Below are positions 37,687-47,789 of a DNA stretch of 64,000 nt, one piece after another. Within the stretch, counting starts at the first letter, position 1; each line of letters begins with the position of its first letter. The notes beneath the pieces are model-generated. The model had not been told where the DNA came from. It did not search any database and worked only from the letters and a program-made list of their open reading frames with translations. The DNA comes from Candidatus Helarchaeota archaeon (GTDB taxonomy: Archaea; Asgardarchaeota; Lokiarchaeia; Helarchaeales; RDOG01), in contig JALGVI010000017.1 of the NCBI GenBank assembly GCA_029838215.1, positions 1-64,000 of the forward strand, read 5' to 3'. The position numbers and the translations under genes were made by a program.

Positions 37687-38697
37687 GTGACCACGATGTC
37701 CGAAATTCAAATAACACGACAACTAAGAGCTCATTTAAACAAGATAAAGAGAATTTTTGGGGTCGAAAATGTTGTTGTTTCACAACGTGATGGGAATCCC
37801 ATTGAAAGTGTAGGAGTTTGGCTTTCAAAACATGATATATTTGGATTATGTTCATCAACGTCTGCTATATTTAACGTTGCGGAAATATTGCATGGTTTTG
37901 ATTTGAATTATATACTCATTGATGGAAGAAATAGCAAGATTCTCATAGCGCCAATATACAATAAATCATCCCATTCTGAGTTGTCAGATGTACCTGAAAA
38001 TCAACCTCCTTCACGAGCTGAATTTTTTGTTTCTGTAACGACTCGACCAAAGGTAAATCTAGGGGGGATTTTCATTAAAATGCGACAAATTCTCCAAGAC
38101 ATTTCTTTTTCATTAGAAAAGTCGGGACAGGATTTTAAACCTCCGCTGAGAAATTTTTCCGAAACGGAAGTTCAAGATATTTTAAATTCATTCAAGGTGA
38201 AAGAGGAACTGGAATCAAACCAAGAAAATAAATCAATAAGCACATTTTCAATGAGGATGTCATCTGAGACTTCTGAAAAAATTAGGGATTGCGTTTACGA
38301 CTTCTTAAAAAACGTGCCTGGAGTGAAAATTGCGAGTGTTGCTTTAAATGGTGGTTATACTCTCTGTAAGTTTTCTTTGGATCCATTGATAGATAACCAA
38401 GGGGCCATGTCTTATAGCCTATATGACACAAGCCGCCGCATTATTTGGATGCTAAGAAAAACTCAATTAAATCACGTTCTTTGTGAATGTAAAAATCACG
38501 CTCATTTTATTTATGGCATTATAGATGGCTCCATCTTCAGCACTTATATCAAAAAATCAATGGATAAAAGGTTGGGACTTTTACGTTTGATTATCCCTCA
38601 ATATATACAAACGCTACAACAATACATGGGAGAAGCAAAAAAGGAGAAATTCAGTGAATTTGACTTCAAAGAATTACTTGAAGAACTTAATGTATGA
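37687..38697 (+). CDS. Tandem roadblock/LC7 (MglB-like) protein
   Basis: Two repeats: GVENVVVSQRDGNPI... and PGVKIASVALNGGYTL...LGLL, each with roadblock secondary-structure pattern. Confidence 0.75.
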   Translation: MTTMSEIQITRQLRAHLNKIKRIFGVENVVVSQRDGNPIESVGVWLSKHDIFGLCSSTSAIFNVAEILHGFDLNYILIDGRNSKILIAPIYNKSSHSELSDVPENQPPSRAEFFVSVTTRPKVNLGGIFIKMRQILQDISFSLEKSGQDFKPPLRNFSETEVQDILNSFKVKEELESNQENKSISTFSMRMSSETSEKIRDCVYDFLKNVPGVKIASVALNGGYTLCKFSLDPLIDNQGAMSYSLYDTSRRIIWMLRKTQLNHVLCECKNHAHFIYGIIDGSIFSTYIKKSMDKRLGLLRLIIPQYIQTLQQYMGEAKKEKFSEFDFKELLEELNV

Positions 38698-39623
38698 AAA
38701 ACTCAAGGAGAAGATCTAGAATGGAGCAATATTTCTCTTTAAAAAACTTGATTCAAACACTAGGACGTTCAGACTTCTCTCTTTTGATCCATATGATACT
38801 TAATCGTGTTCCGATTTTAATAATTGGACAAGATGAATCGTTGGTTGATGAACTTGTATCTAAGTTAGTATCATTAGCGCCCCACAGGTCCGAATTAATT
38901 TATTATTCTGATTTCGTTGATGAATACGACTATAAAACTCTTCTCCAGGAAGAAAATGACGATTTTAAAAGCCCCCGCATTATTATTAGATCTCCTTCAA
39001 ATGCATCACAACATGCAATTGAAAATATTTCTTCCCTAAAAGGATGGATATTGGGATATACGAATAAAAATGGAATGAAAGATCAAATTTTTAAGGATTT
39101 TTTAACTAAAGAAGAACCTTGTGTCGTGATATTCCTTAATCAACTGGATAAAATTAGGATTGATGTTTTTGGAATTAAAGTGAATGATTTGGATCTCTCA
39201 CTTGAAAAAAGGATTCTCACCAAAGCTATCAAGCAAACAGAAGTTGCTTTAGAGAAAATGAAACGCGTATTACATAAAAAAATAAAGATGAAAAAAGAAT
39301 CCGAAGTTCTTAAGGCAGTTATGAATTTCAGCATGGAGGAAGAGGAAATTCAGAAAAACATATTTCAAGAAGAAATACAATCTTTCGTACATGCAGCAAG
39401 TAGAGCATTAGCGGTTCTATCCAGAATAGATTTAGTTCATGAACTTGGGATGCAAATAAAAATCGCTGATAATACATTGCTTCGGACTATTGATTATGAA
39501 GATGTGAATATTAAACGGCTTTTAGACTTTATTAAATCGGAATTTGGAGTTGATTTTTTTTCATGCATTAAAGGTTCGTGGAAGGATCGCTCAGGAGATA
39601 AAATTGATGGACTATGGGGTTGA
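38694..39623 (+). CDS. Folliculin/cDENN-like domain protein
   Basis: SLKNLIQTLGRSDFSLLIHMILNRVPILIIGQDESLVDELVSKLVSLAP resembles the start of cDENN domains; ATGA overlap with the roadblock gene. Confidence 0.55.
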   Translation: MKNSRRRSRMEQYFSLKNLIQTLGRSDFSLLIHMILNRVPILIIGQDESLVDELVSKLVSLAPHRSELIYYSDFVDEYDYKTLLQEENDDFKSPRIIIRSPSNASQHAIENISSLKGWILGYTNKNGMKDQIFKDFLTKEEPCVVIFLNQLDKIRIDVFGIKVNDLDLSLEKRILTKAIKQTEVALEKMKRVLHKKIKMKKESEVLKAVMNFSMEEEEIQKNIFQEEIQSFVHAASRALAVLSRIDLVHELGMQIKIADNTLLRTIDYEDVNIKRLLDFIKSEFGVDFFSCIKGSWKDRSGDKIDGLWG

Positions 39624-39638
39624 TAGGAGGATTAATTA

Positions 39639-40196
39639 TTGTTTGTTGATTACGGAAAAAGAAAAGTAATGGTAAAACTTGTTTATTGGGGTGGTGCCAT
39701 GTCAGGGAAAACCACTTCCGTCAAATTTCTATTTCATTCATTCAATTCTGATAAATTATTGCACTCTATTGAAACAAGTACTGGTAGAACGTTATTTTTC
39801 GATTATGGAGAACTCATACTGAACCGAGGACAATGGGAATTTCATGTTAATGTATGGACTGCAACAGGTCAAGATTTTTATTGTGAAACTAGACCAACTG
39901 TTTTGGCTGGTGTAGATGGTATTATTTTCGTGGCAGATTCGAATCCCGAGTTACTTCAAGACAATTTAAAGAGTTGGATTGAACTTACATCAATTTTAGG
40001 TGCAAAAATTAAGTCTATCCCAATTATATTTTGTCTCAATAAGCGAGATCTTAACAACAAATTAACTTGTGAAGAATTCCAAAAGGCACTAGGAATTAAA
40101 GGGAAATTCAATGTTGTCGAAACAATAGCTACACATGGAGAGAACGTGCTTAAGACATTTCAATTAATGATAAAGAGCATATTAGAAAAGAATTAA
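39639..40196 (+). CDS. mglA: MglA-like small GTPase (copy 2)
   Basis: VKLVYWGGAMSGKTT, TGRTLFFD, WTATGQDFY, NKRD. Confidence 0.87.
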   Translation: MFVDYGKRKVMVKLVYWGGAMSGKTTSVKFLFHSFNSDKLLHSIETSTGRTLFFDYGELILNRGQWEFHVNVWTATGQDFYCETRPTVLAGVDGIIFVADSNPELLQDNLKSWIELTSILGAKIKSIPIIFCLNKRDLNNKLTCEEFQKALGIKGKFNVVETIATHGENVLKTFQLMIKSILEKN

Positions 40197-40235
40197 AAAT
40201 TTTCTTGGTGTTTAAACAACATCTTTACTTTTTGT

Positions 40236-40460
40236 CTAAACTGCCAATTCATTATCAATTTTTTCTCTTTTAACCTTGTTTTTAATCAGACAAGTTATAT
40301 ATCCTGCTATTCTATTTCTAAAATGTTTTGATTTATATATTATCAATTCATTTAACATTTTCTTATTATTCTCGAAATCTAAGTTAAACTTGTCTGGAAA
40401 CTGTTCATATATTTCATTTGAAATTCTCTTTATTGTCTCAGTTCTTACTTTTCCACACAT
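40236..40460 (-). CDS. rps17e: 30S ribosomal protein S17e
   Basis: GKVRTE.IKR, DFENNKK, SK.FRNRIAGYIT. Confidence 0.95.
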   Translation of the reverse strand: MCGKVRTETIKRISNEIYEQFPDKFNLDFENNKKMLNELIIYKSKHFRNRIAGYITCLIKNKVKREKIDNELAV

Positions 40461-40765
40461 TTTTTAAACCATTTCCTTGTCTATCAATGTCTGTGAAGTA
40501 ATTTCCATTTTGATTTTTATATTTTATTCAAAATGAAATTTATGATTTCTTTTTATCAATATTGATTGAAAAGGTTTTTTCTTTTTCTATTACCTCCTAA
40601 TTTAAAATTCAAGCTTCTCTCTATGAGTGTATTACGTGATAGTTCCTAAGTTTAAGCTGACGATCCCTCAGACCGGCCTACGAAAAACTACATTTTATGG
40701 TCTTTTCTCGTCTAAAAATTCATAATTTAACATTCTTTTTCTCATTAACATGAACCTGTTAAAAT

Positions 40766-41857
40766 GTGGAGGATATGTCAATGATTAAAAAATCAGTCAA
40801 AGAAATACAAAACTTAGACTTGGAATGTGAACACGAGCCCTTTCTAGATGAAATTCGTGGAGAATATACATGTTCGAAGTGCGGTCTAGTGCTTTCCACG
40901 TTGTATATATCTCCTTCCTACCAATTAAATGAGAATAATTTCGATACTTCAAATTCATCCAGAAATTATGTTGCATTGGGAGATAGGGTAAACATCGTCG
41001 ATGGTCTTGGAAGCTTTATTGATTATCAGTATTCATCATACTTTTTGGACAAGAAAGGATTACCAGTATCCGCTCATTACCAAACATTATTTAAAAGATT
41101 AAAATATCGATATGATTTAAGAGCACGAATTTGTAATCGAGAAACTCATTATCGGGCATTAAAAACATTGAATAAGATTGTTTCTTTTCTAAATTTGAAC
41201 GATAAAATTAGGGATCGAGCCGCATATTTTTATCAAAAAATTATAAAAAACGAAGAAAAAAAAGAAATTACAAATCACTTGGCTTTAGTTGCACTCTGTC
41301 TTCTCCTAGCAACCCGTGAATATAAAGAAAAGGCTCCTATTACAATTCAAGAAATTACTAAAGCCTTTCAGAAACTTGGACATCGTGTAAGTGAACGATC
41401 CCTCATTCAACTTGCACTAAAAATTCGCCCTAAATACAATCACCTATTCTTGAAACAGACTCGCTTGAGCGAACATTACATGCCTCGGATCATTTCCCAA
41501 GTCATAAACAATCCAGAAATACGGGAGCGCCTCGCCATATATAATCGCAACATTGAAGATTATCAGAAGAAATTAAGGATCATAAGTCAAAAAATTCTGT
41601 CTGAAATTAATAAAGAAATGAGAGGTGGTAGAAACCCTCATATTTTTGCGGTTGCTGTTCTCTATTGCGCAGATCAAATCATTTCAAAAAGAGAAAAGAA
41701 ACACGCCATCCTGACTCAAAAACTCCTGTCGAGAGCAACAAATGCTGCCGAATATTCAATTAGGGATCATTGGAGAGCCATACTTTATGAATATTTTAAG
41801 AAAGCGCGAGATGAAGGAAGATTGCATGATTTTTATCAAAATTCAATTTTTAAGTAA
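40766..41857 (+). CDS. tfb: Divergent TFB (TFIIB) paralog
   Basis: Zn ribbon CEH...GEYTCSKCGLVL, two cyclin repeats, GRNP..AVA.LY, TQK.L...YSIR. Confidence 0.82.
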   Translation: MEDMSMIKKSVKEIQNLDLECEHEPFLDEIRGEYTCSKCGLVLSTLYISPSYQLNENNFDTSNSSRNYVALGDRVNIVDGLGSFIDYQYSSYFLDKKGLPVSAHYQTLFKRLKYRYDLRARICNRETHYRALKTLNKIVSFLNLNDKIRDRAAYFYQKIIKNEEKKEITNHLALVALCLLLATREYKEKAPITIQEITKAFQKLGHRVSERSLIQLALKIRPKYNHLFLKQTRLSEHYMPRIISQVINNPEIRERLAIYNRNIEDYQKKLRIISQKILSEINKEMRGGRNPHIFAVAVLYCADQIISKREKKHAILTQKLLSRATNAAEYSIRDHWRAILYEYFKKARDEGRLHDFYQNSIFK

Positions 41858-41868
41858 TTTTTTCGTTC

Positions 41869-43446
41869 CTAGTATAAAAAAATTGAAAAAATGAAGACTG
41901 TTAATATGTAAATCAAAAAAGATATGAAGGAATTAAAGAACTTTTTATCCAAATTTACCACATCTGCTAAAAATAAAGCCGTAAAAAGTGTCATGCTTAA
42001 TAAAAAGACATATAATGGCCAGATTGTTATGATGTGAAATAAGTTTAAGGAAATGCTTGAAAGATTTGGAGATTGAAAAATTTGAAAGGAATAATATAAT
42101 AGAGGCGAGATTGAAGTAAGCATCCCAAGCACGCCACTTAAAACAATACAAAGAAATCTAACTTTAAAATGCTGTGCTTTTAATAAAATTAACCGTTCTT
42201 CTGTTAATTGTTGATTAATTTTTAGTTGAGTTAATATAGATATTAATCGAATTCCTGTCTCTCTACTGCTCTTTCGGAGCATTCTCTGAACTAGGCTAAC
42301 AAGTTTCTTTGAATGTGGATTTTGAAGTTGAACTGAAAAAAGATGCCAAAAATCTTCAAATGAATGGCCGTTTTTAAGCAAAACATCCTGAGTGGTGTCT
42401 ATGATGCTCAATATATTGCTTGATGAATTCTTAAGCGCATCTGTATATGCTTTTTCTTCCGAATTATATCTTTTCAATGAGTTTGCAAAATATAGAAGAA
42501 ATTCGGTAAGATCAAGAAATTCCCGATTCATTTTCAACCATTTCTTTCTTTGTAGGTTTGGTGAGAATACATCTATTTCTCCAAATATCTGAAGTGATGT
42601 TTTAAACAGTTTTGAACGAATGAAAATAAATATCATGATGATTATGGGAATTAAAATGATTGTAATTGCATTAGCTGCAAGTCCGTAAAAACTTAGGAAT
42701 AAAGTAATGATAAAAGGCAAAAATATGCATAAGCCTATTAAGAATATTAATTTACTTTCCAATTCTTTTGTATATCTTTTATATTCTGCTTGCTTTTCAA
42801 CGTAATTCAATTCCAAAAAGTCTGTAATTAAATCTCTCTTAAAATTATTCGATAATAAATTCTGTATTCTCTCTTTTAATGTATTGCTTGGTTGGGTTTC
42901 AGCAAAGTTCCATAAGAGAATTTCTGGATCTTCTCCATTATTTACACCTTTCAAAATTTCTTGAAATTTGCTTGAGATAACAGGATATGCTCCATTTGCA
43001 ATGAGTTCAATTCCATCTAGAATTGAATGATTCGTCTTTAACATTAATAGTAAATCTTGAAAAGCCAGTTCTGTTCCAAAAATAATTTGTATCCTTATTT
43101 TATCATAATAGAAGATTAAGCGATTTTTCAGGTAAATATAACTAAAAAGAGCAAACATTGTGGATATAACAAATGATATAAAGATATTAAACAGTATGAG
43201 GAAAAAGAAAGTAGTTGAGAATATAAAAATAGAAAAAATAATGGATGCTCCAATAATTTCATTTGGATTCAAACCTGTTTCAATAAAAAAATACTTGCAC
43301 GCTTTGTTTAGTTTATCATCCTGAATGAATTTTGATACGAATTTAATTCCTGGAAAATTTCCAAGGAGTTTAAACAAACGAGCTAAGTTTTTCATTTTTC
43401 CAGTTTTTATTTTTAAATGTCTCTTAAAAACGCCCCGCGTTGTCAA
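41869..43446 (-). CDS. TadB/TadC-like (T2SS-F) pilus platform membrane protein with fused repeats
   Basis: Multiple TM segments, two GspF-like soluble regions (ISSKFQEILKGV..GEDPE); downstream of the secretion ATPase. Confidence 0.72.
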   Translation of the reverse strand: MTTRGVFKRHLKIKTGKMKNLARLFKLLGNFPGIKFVSKFIQDDKLNKACKYFFIETGLNPNEIIGASIIFSIFIFSTTFFFLILFNIFISFVISTMFALFSYIYLKNRLIFYYDKIRIQIIFGTELAFQDLLLMLKTNHSILDGIELIANGAYPVISSKFQEILKGVNNGEDPEILLWNFAETQPSNTLKERIQNLLSNNFKRDLITDFLELNYVEKQAEYKRYTKELESKLIFLIGLCIFLPFIITLFLSFYGLAANAITIILIPIIIMIFIFIRSKLFKTSLQIFGEIDVFSPNLQRKKWLKMNREFLDLTEFLLYFANSLKRYNSEEKAYTDALKNSSSNILSIIDTTQDVLLKNGHSFEDFWHLFSVQLQNPHSKKLVSLVQRMLRKSSRETGIRLISILTQLKINQQLTEERLILLKAQHFKVRFLCIVLSGVLGMLTSISPLLYYSFQIFQSPNLSSISLNLFHIITIWPLYVFLLSMTLFTALFLADVVNLDKKFFNSFISFLIYILTVFIFSIFLY

Positions 43447-43685
43447 GAACCTAAAATTATAGTTAGAAATTTATACGTTAACGTAATTATCATTAATATT
43501 GCCACCAAAAAAATAAGAGGATAAAAAAAAGTAGGAATATCTGGAAGAATGCCGAGAATAAATGTTCCGGTAATTAAAAAAACGGTCGCACAAAATAGGA
43601 AAGAGTATGTTTCATCGCAAAATGGAATATATATCATCTCAATTATCCAGAAAATCAAGATTATGAGAATAAATACTTCTATCAA
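43443..43685 (-). CDS. Small membrane protein (3 TM) in the pilus operon
   Basis: Almost entirely hydrophobic; overlaps both neighbours by 4 nt. Confidence 0.6.
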   Translation of the reverse strand: MIEVFILIILIFWIIEMIYIPFCDETYSFLFCATVFLITGTFILGILPDIPTFFYPLIFLVAILMIITLTYKFLTIILGS

Positions 43686-45883
43686 CTGATTTCCTCTCGT
43701 ACAAGCGGCTTCTCGTTGAAATCACGCACATTTTTTGTTGTTTTAAAAAAAACACACATTTTTTTATTAATTGAGCTAAGTTCTGTAGTATTATTAATTC
43801 TAAATGAATTAAATATCGTTTTAAGTTCGTTAATTTCCCAAAGAAATAACTTAGGAGTAATGATTTCTAAACAGGATTCCCTTATTTTATTTACAATTGA
43901 AGAAATATCATAAAATTCTTCCCATGATGAAAAATCTGAAATTAAATCATCTTTTAATGGGTCTCTATGAAAAAGTGTGTTAATCTTTATTTCTCCTGTC
44001 CTCTCCATTTTTGCAACTTCATCAATTTTGATTACTCTTCTCCCTAAATCTGTTTTTCCCATTTGGATGATTAAATCGATGTTACCAATGGCGGTTTTAG
44101 GAATTTGCTCATCTTCTAGCCAACGTTCAATGATTAAGTTGGAATTTGTTCCATGACAAGTTCCAAGACAACTTTGTAATCCTACCTTTAATAAAAAAAA
44201 GAAAGCATGAATAGTTTCTGTATGGATTAATTCACCGATGATAACAATGTCAGGAGTTCGATGTAATGTCTCACGAACTTGATAGCTTTTAGTGGTTTCT
44301 TCATGTACGTGATCCCTGCGTGATAATTTAAATCTCATTTGGTGTTTTCCGTACAAAAATTGGGGAAGGCTTTCTACAACATCTTCAATATATATTTTTC
44401 TCCATGAAGAAGGTGTTAAGAAGTCAAGAGCGTTCAACAAGGTCGTTTTTCCTGAACCTGGTTCTCCGATGATAATAATGCTTCGCTTGTGAAACAGGAA
44501 AAAACAAACAAGAGCAAGCGATTCAGCATTAATCGTCCTTGATTTTAAGAGTTCGGTAATGGAAAATACTTTTCTCCGTAATTTTCGAACTGTAAAGTTT
44601 ACCTTATCTACAGCCAGAGGGCTTACATTCATTTCTACACGAATTTGAAAGAAATCAGTTAAAATTTCAGTTTTTAATGACGGTTTTTCCTCATTTAATG
44701 ATAAATTACTTTCCGCCCTTAATCTAGTTCGAAAGTTTTTTATTTCGTCAAAATCGAGATAAAGATTTGTTTTACATCTGCCCCACTTCTCATGATCTAG
44801 ATATAAGGCTGTTCCAGGGCCATCAAAATAGATCTCCTCAATATTTTGATCTAAAAATAATGGAAGTAGCTTATTTAGACCGATTGATTCAAAACAAATT
44901 AGATGCTGGAATCGTTCTTCACGTTCATGAGGTAACAAATCAAAATTGATTAAAATGGATTTAACTGCTTTCATGCGGTTCTTTAAAAGTCTATTAAAAT
45001 TTAAAATTGAACGTTTTTCAACTTGCAACATATTCGAATCTTGGAGATTCGTTAACATCTTGGATATTCTCTGCTTTTGATTTGAATTTAAATCAAAATA
45101 TCTTTTAATCTCATATTCTTTTTCAAGTGAATTGCTCTCATAGATTGAAATCACATAAGGTCCAACATTATATTGTTCATTGAGAATTTTTTTGTTAGAT
45201 TGTTTATTTATTGTTTCTATGTCTTGCCTTCTATGTCCTGTCGAAGGTGGAAGGTAAATTTCGAGGAATTCGGCAAATTTGATGCTGGGATCTTTTTTAA
45301 AAAAAGCGTAATAATCCTGAATTAATTTCAACTTTTCTAATTCTTTTTTTACATACTGTAGAAATTCAATATATTTATATGAGCAGCGTTTACAATTTAT
45401 ATCGGATTTTTTAATTAGCTCTTGTTCCTTTTTGATTTCATATGAAACGTCAAAAAGCGTTTTTAATGGATTATTCAAGAATTCTGCAAATCCATAAATA
45501 TCCTTAAAATTTAATTTCAAAAAAAATATCCGTTTTTGCTTACAAGAATAATTTTTTGAGCAATTTATATCCACTAATGAAACGGTCATTATCCTTTCTT
45601 CAATTCTTTTTGCTATTCTAACCAAATTTTTGAATTTTTTTGTTTTATTTTCATTTATATGAATTGTCTGATCAGGCTTTTCTATGAATATGTCATCAAA
45701 TTCATATTCGTTTTCCTTAATTATTTTCAAGATTTCCTTAAAACACGGAGCAAGAACGGCATCCCTGCCTTGATTTTGACATTGATTTTCACAATATATG
45801 AATAATCGGTTGATTTTTTTTGTTACGTTATTATTTTCCACATTTTCCAACAAGATTGGTTGAAATTTATGGGAACAATTCAT
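43682..45883 (-). CDS. VirB11/TadA-like type IV pilus assembly ATPase with Cys-rich N-terminus
   Basis: LDQNIEEIYFDG, Walker A GEPGSGKTT, IED..E, PDIVIIGE, GTCHG. Confidence 0.9.
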   Translation of the reverse strand: MNCSHKFQPILLENVENNNVTKKINRLFIYCENQCQNQGRDAVLAPCFKEILKIIKENEYEFDDIFIEKPDQTIHINENKTKKFKNLVRIAKRIEERIMTVSLVDINCSKNYSCKQKRIFFLKLNFKDIYGFAEFLNNPLKTLFDVSYEIKKEQELIKKSDINCKRCSYKYIEFLQYVKKELEKLKLIQDYYAFFKKDPSIKFAEFLEIYLPPSTGHRRQDIETINKQSNKKILNEQYNVGPYVISIYESNSLEKEYEIKRYFDLNSNQKQRISKMLTNLQDSNMLQVEKRSILNFNRLLKNRMKAVKSILINFDLLPHEREERFQHLICFESIGLNKLLPLFLDQNIEEIYFDGPGTALYLDHEKWGRCKTNLYLDFDEIKNFRTRLRAESNLSLNEEKPSLKTEILTDFFQIRVEMNVSPLAVDKVNFTVRKLRRKVFSITELLKSRTINAESLALVCFFLFHKRSIIIIGEPGSGKTTLLNALDFLTPSSWRKIYIEDVVESLPQFLYGKHQMRFKLSRRDHVHEETTKSYQVRETLHRTPDIVIIGELIHTETIHAFFFLLKVGLQSCLGTCHGTNSNLIIERWLEDEQIPKTAIGNIDLIIQMGKTDLGRRVIKIDEVAKMERTGEIKINTLFHRDPLKDDLISDFSSWEEFYDISSIVNKIRESCLEIITPKLFLWEINELKTIFNSFRINNTTELSSINKKMCVFFKTTKNVRDFNEKPLVREEIS

Positions 45884-46154
45884 ATTGAATTCCCTTTTTC
45901 TTCCTAAATTTTAAATAAATTTATAAACGAGTAATTCATGCGAAAAATTTCGATTTTTTTTATTTGAAAGATTTGTCTAATTAAAGGATTCACGTGGTTA
46001 TGTAAATCCTATCCAATTTTCGAGTTTCAGGGATGAATGATAAGATCCTATCTAAACTTCTTCTCGAACGATATTTAAACACAACAAACAAAATTCAAAC
46101 AAGGAAAAAAACAATATTTGTGAAGAAGTAAACAATCAAATTTTTAATCCAAAT

Positions 46155-47789
46155 TTGTTTCTACTAAATAAGAAAAAATGGAAATATAACATTATGTTCA
46201 TTCCAACTCATAACTTGAATTCTATCGAAACGGATATTCTTGTAATTGGGAGTGGTATTGCTGGACTTTTTTTTTCCATCAAGGCTTCCAGATTCGCAAA
46301 TATCATAATTATCACAAAACGAGAAAAAGAAGAAGCCAACACACAATATGCGCAAGGAGGCATTGCAAGTGTCACTACTTCAGATGATTCTTTCGAAGAT
46401 CACGTGAGAGATACGTTGATTGCAGGAGATGGTTTATGTAGCCGCCCTGTTGTTGAAGAAGTTGTGGAAAAAGGACCTGAAATGATCGAAGAATTAATCG
46501 GATTGGGTGTGAAATTTTCGAAGAAACCTGTTGGGAAAGGATATGATTTAGGTATTGAAGGAGGTCATTCAAAAAGAAGGGTTTTTCATGCTGCAGATAT
46601 GACTGGAAAAGAAGTTCAAACAGTATTATTAAATCGAATAATGGAAAAAGAAAATGTAAGAATACTAGAATATCATATTGCAATCGATTTAGTATGCCAA
46701 AATGGAAAATGTATCGGAGCTTATGTCTTAGATATAAAAAATAAAAAAGTTATTAACGTATCTGCAAAGATAACAGTTTTGGCTACTGGTGGGGCAGGAA
46801 AAGTATACCTTTATACCAGTAATCCTGATATTGCGACAGGGGACGGCATTGCGATGGCATATAGAGCTGGTGCAACCATTCTTAATATGGAATTTTTTCA
46901 ATTCCATCCAACTTGCTTATACCACCCTTATGCGAAATCTTTTCTGATCTCTGAAGCGCTTCGAGGGGAAGGAGCAGTTTTGAAAGACAAAAATGGTAAG
47001 GAATTTATGATTAATTATCACAAACAAAAAAGTCTGGCCCCTCGTGATATCGTAGCACGCGCTATAGATAATGAATTAAAGAAGAGCGGGGATGATTGCG
47101 TCTTTCTGGACATTAGTTTTAAAAATCCTGATTTTATTAAAAAAAGATTTCCTGGAATCTACAAGAAATGTTTAAATTTTGGGATTGATATCACAAAGGA
47201 TCCCATACCTGTTGTTCCTGCTGCTCATTATTCATGTGGTGGTATTAAGGCTACCCTTGATGGTCAAACCGACATTCAAAACCTACTTGCGATTGGAGAA
47301 GTAACATGTACTGGACTTCATGGGGCAAACCGATTAGCGAGCAACTCACTTCTAGAAGGACTTGTAAGTTCTTTTAAAGCATCAGAAAAATGCAGGTTAC
47401 TTTTGAGATTCGATATAAAAAATCAGAGATTTGCATGTTGGGAATCAGGTAATGCAGTGGATAGTAATGAAGCGGTTATCATTTCTCAAAATTGGGACGA
47501 AATTAGAAGATTTATGTGGAATTACGTGGGAATTGTCCGTACAGATAAGCGTCTAGAACGAGCAAAAAAAAGAATAGTAATGTTACGAGATGAAATTAAT
47601 GAATATTACTGGGACTTTATTGTTACTTCAGATTTAATAGAATTACGAAATCTCGCAACAGTGGCGGAGATCATAATCGATTCAGCATTATTAAGGAAGG
47701 AAAGCAGAGGAATTCATTATAATCTCGATCATCTCGAAAAGATCGAGCCGAGAAATACGGAAATAAGAAAAAAACGCACTTGGGTTTAG
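46155..47789 (+). CDS. nadB: L-aspartate oxidase
   Basis: GSGIAGL, YAQGGIA, EGGHSKRR, ATGDG, QFHPT, SEALRGEG, APRDIVARAI, HGANRLASNSLLE, ESRG.HY; likely start is ATG 46194. Confidence 0.96.
   Translation: MFLLNKKKWKYNIMFIPTHNLNSIETDILVIGSGIAGLFFSIKASRFANIIIITKREKEEANTQYAQGGIASVTTSDDSFEDHVRDTLIAGDGLCSRPVVEEVVEKGPEMIEELIGLGVKFSKKPVGKGYDLGIEGGHSKRRVFHAADMTGKEVQTVLLNRIMEKENVRILEYHIAIDLVCQNGKCIGAYVLDIKNKKVINVSAKITVLATGGAGKVYLYTSNPDIATGDGIAMAYRAGATILNMEFFQFHPTCLYHPYAKSFLISEALRGEGAVLKDKNGKEFMINYHKQKSLAPRDIVARAIDNELKKSGDDCVFLDISFKNPDFIKKRFPGIYKKCLNFGIDITKDPIPVVPAAHYSCGGIKATLDGQTDIQNLLAIGEVTCTGLHGANRLASNSLLEGLVSSFKASEKCRLLLRFDIKNQRFACWESGNAVDSNEAVIISQNWDEIRRFMWNYVGIVRTDKRLERAKKRIVMLRDEINEYYWDFIVTSDLIELRNLATVAEIIIDSALLRKESRGIHYNLDHLEKIEPRNTEIRKKRTWV

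Noticed and set aside
40620-40690. GC-richer patch between rps17e and tfb as a box C/D sRNA or riboswitch
   Set aside because: CTGA is present, but there is no good C box or convincing stem.
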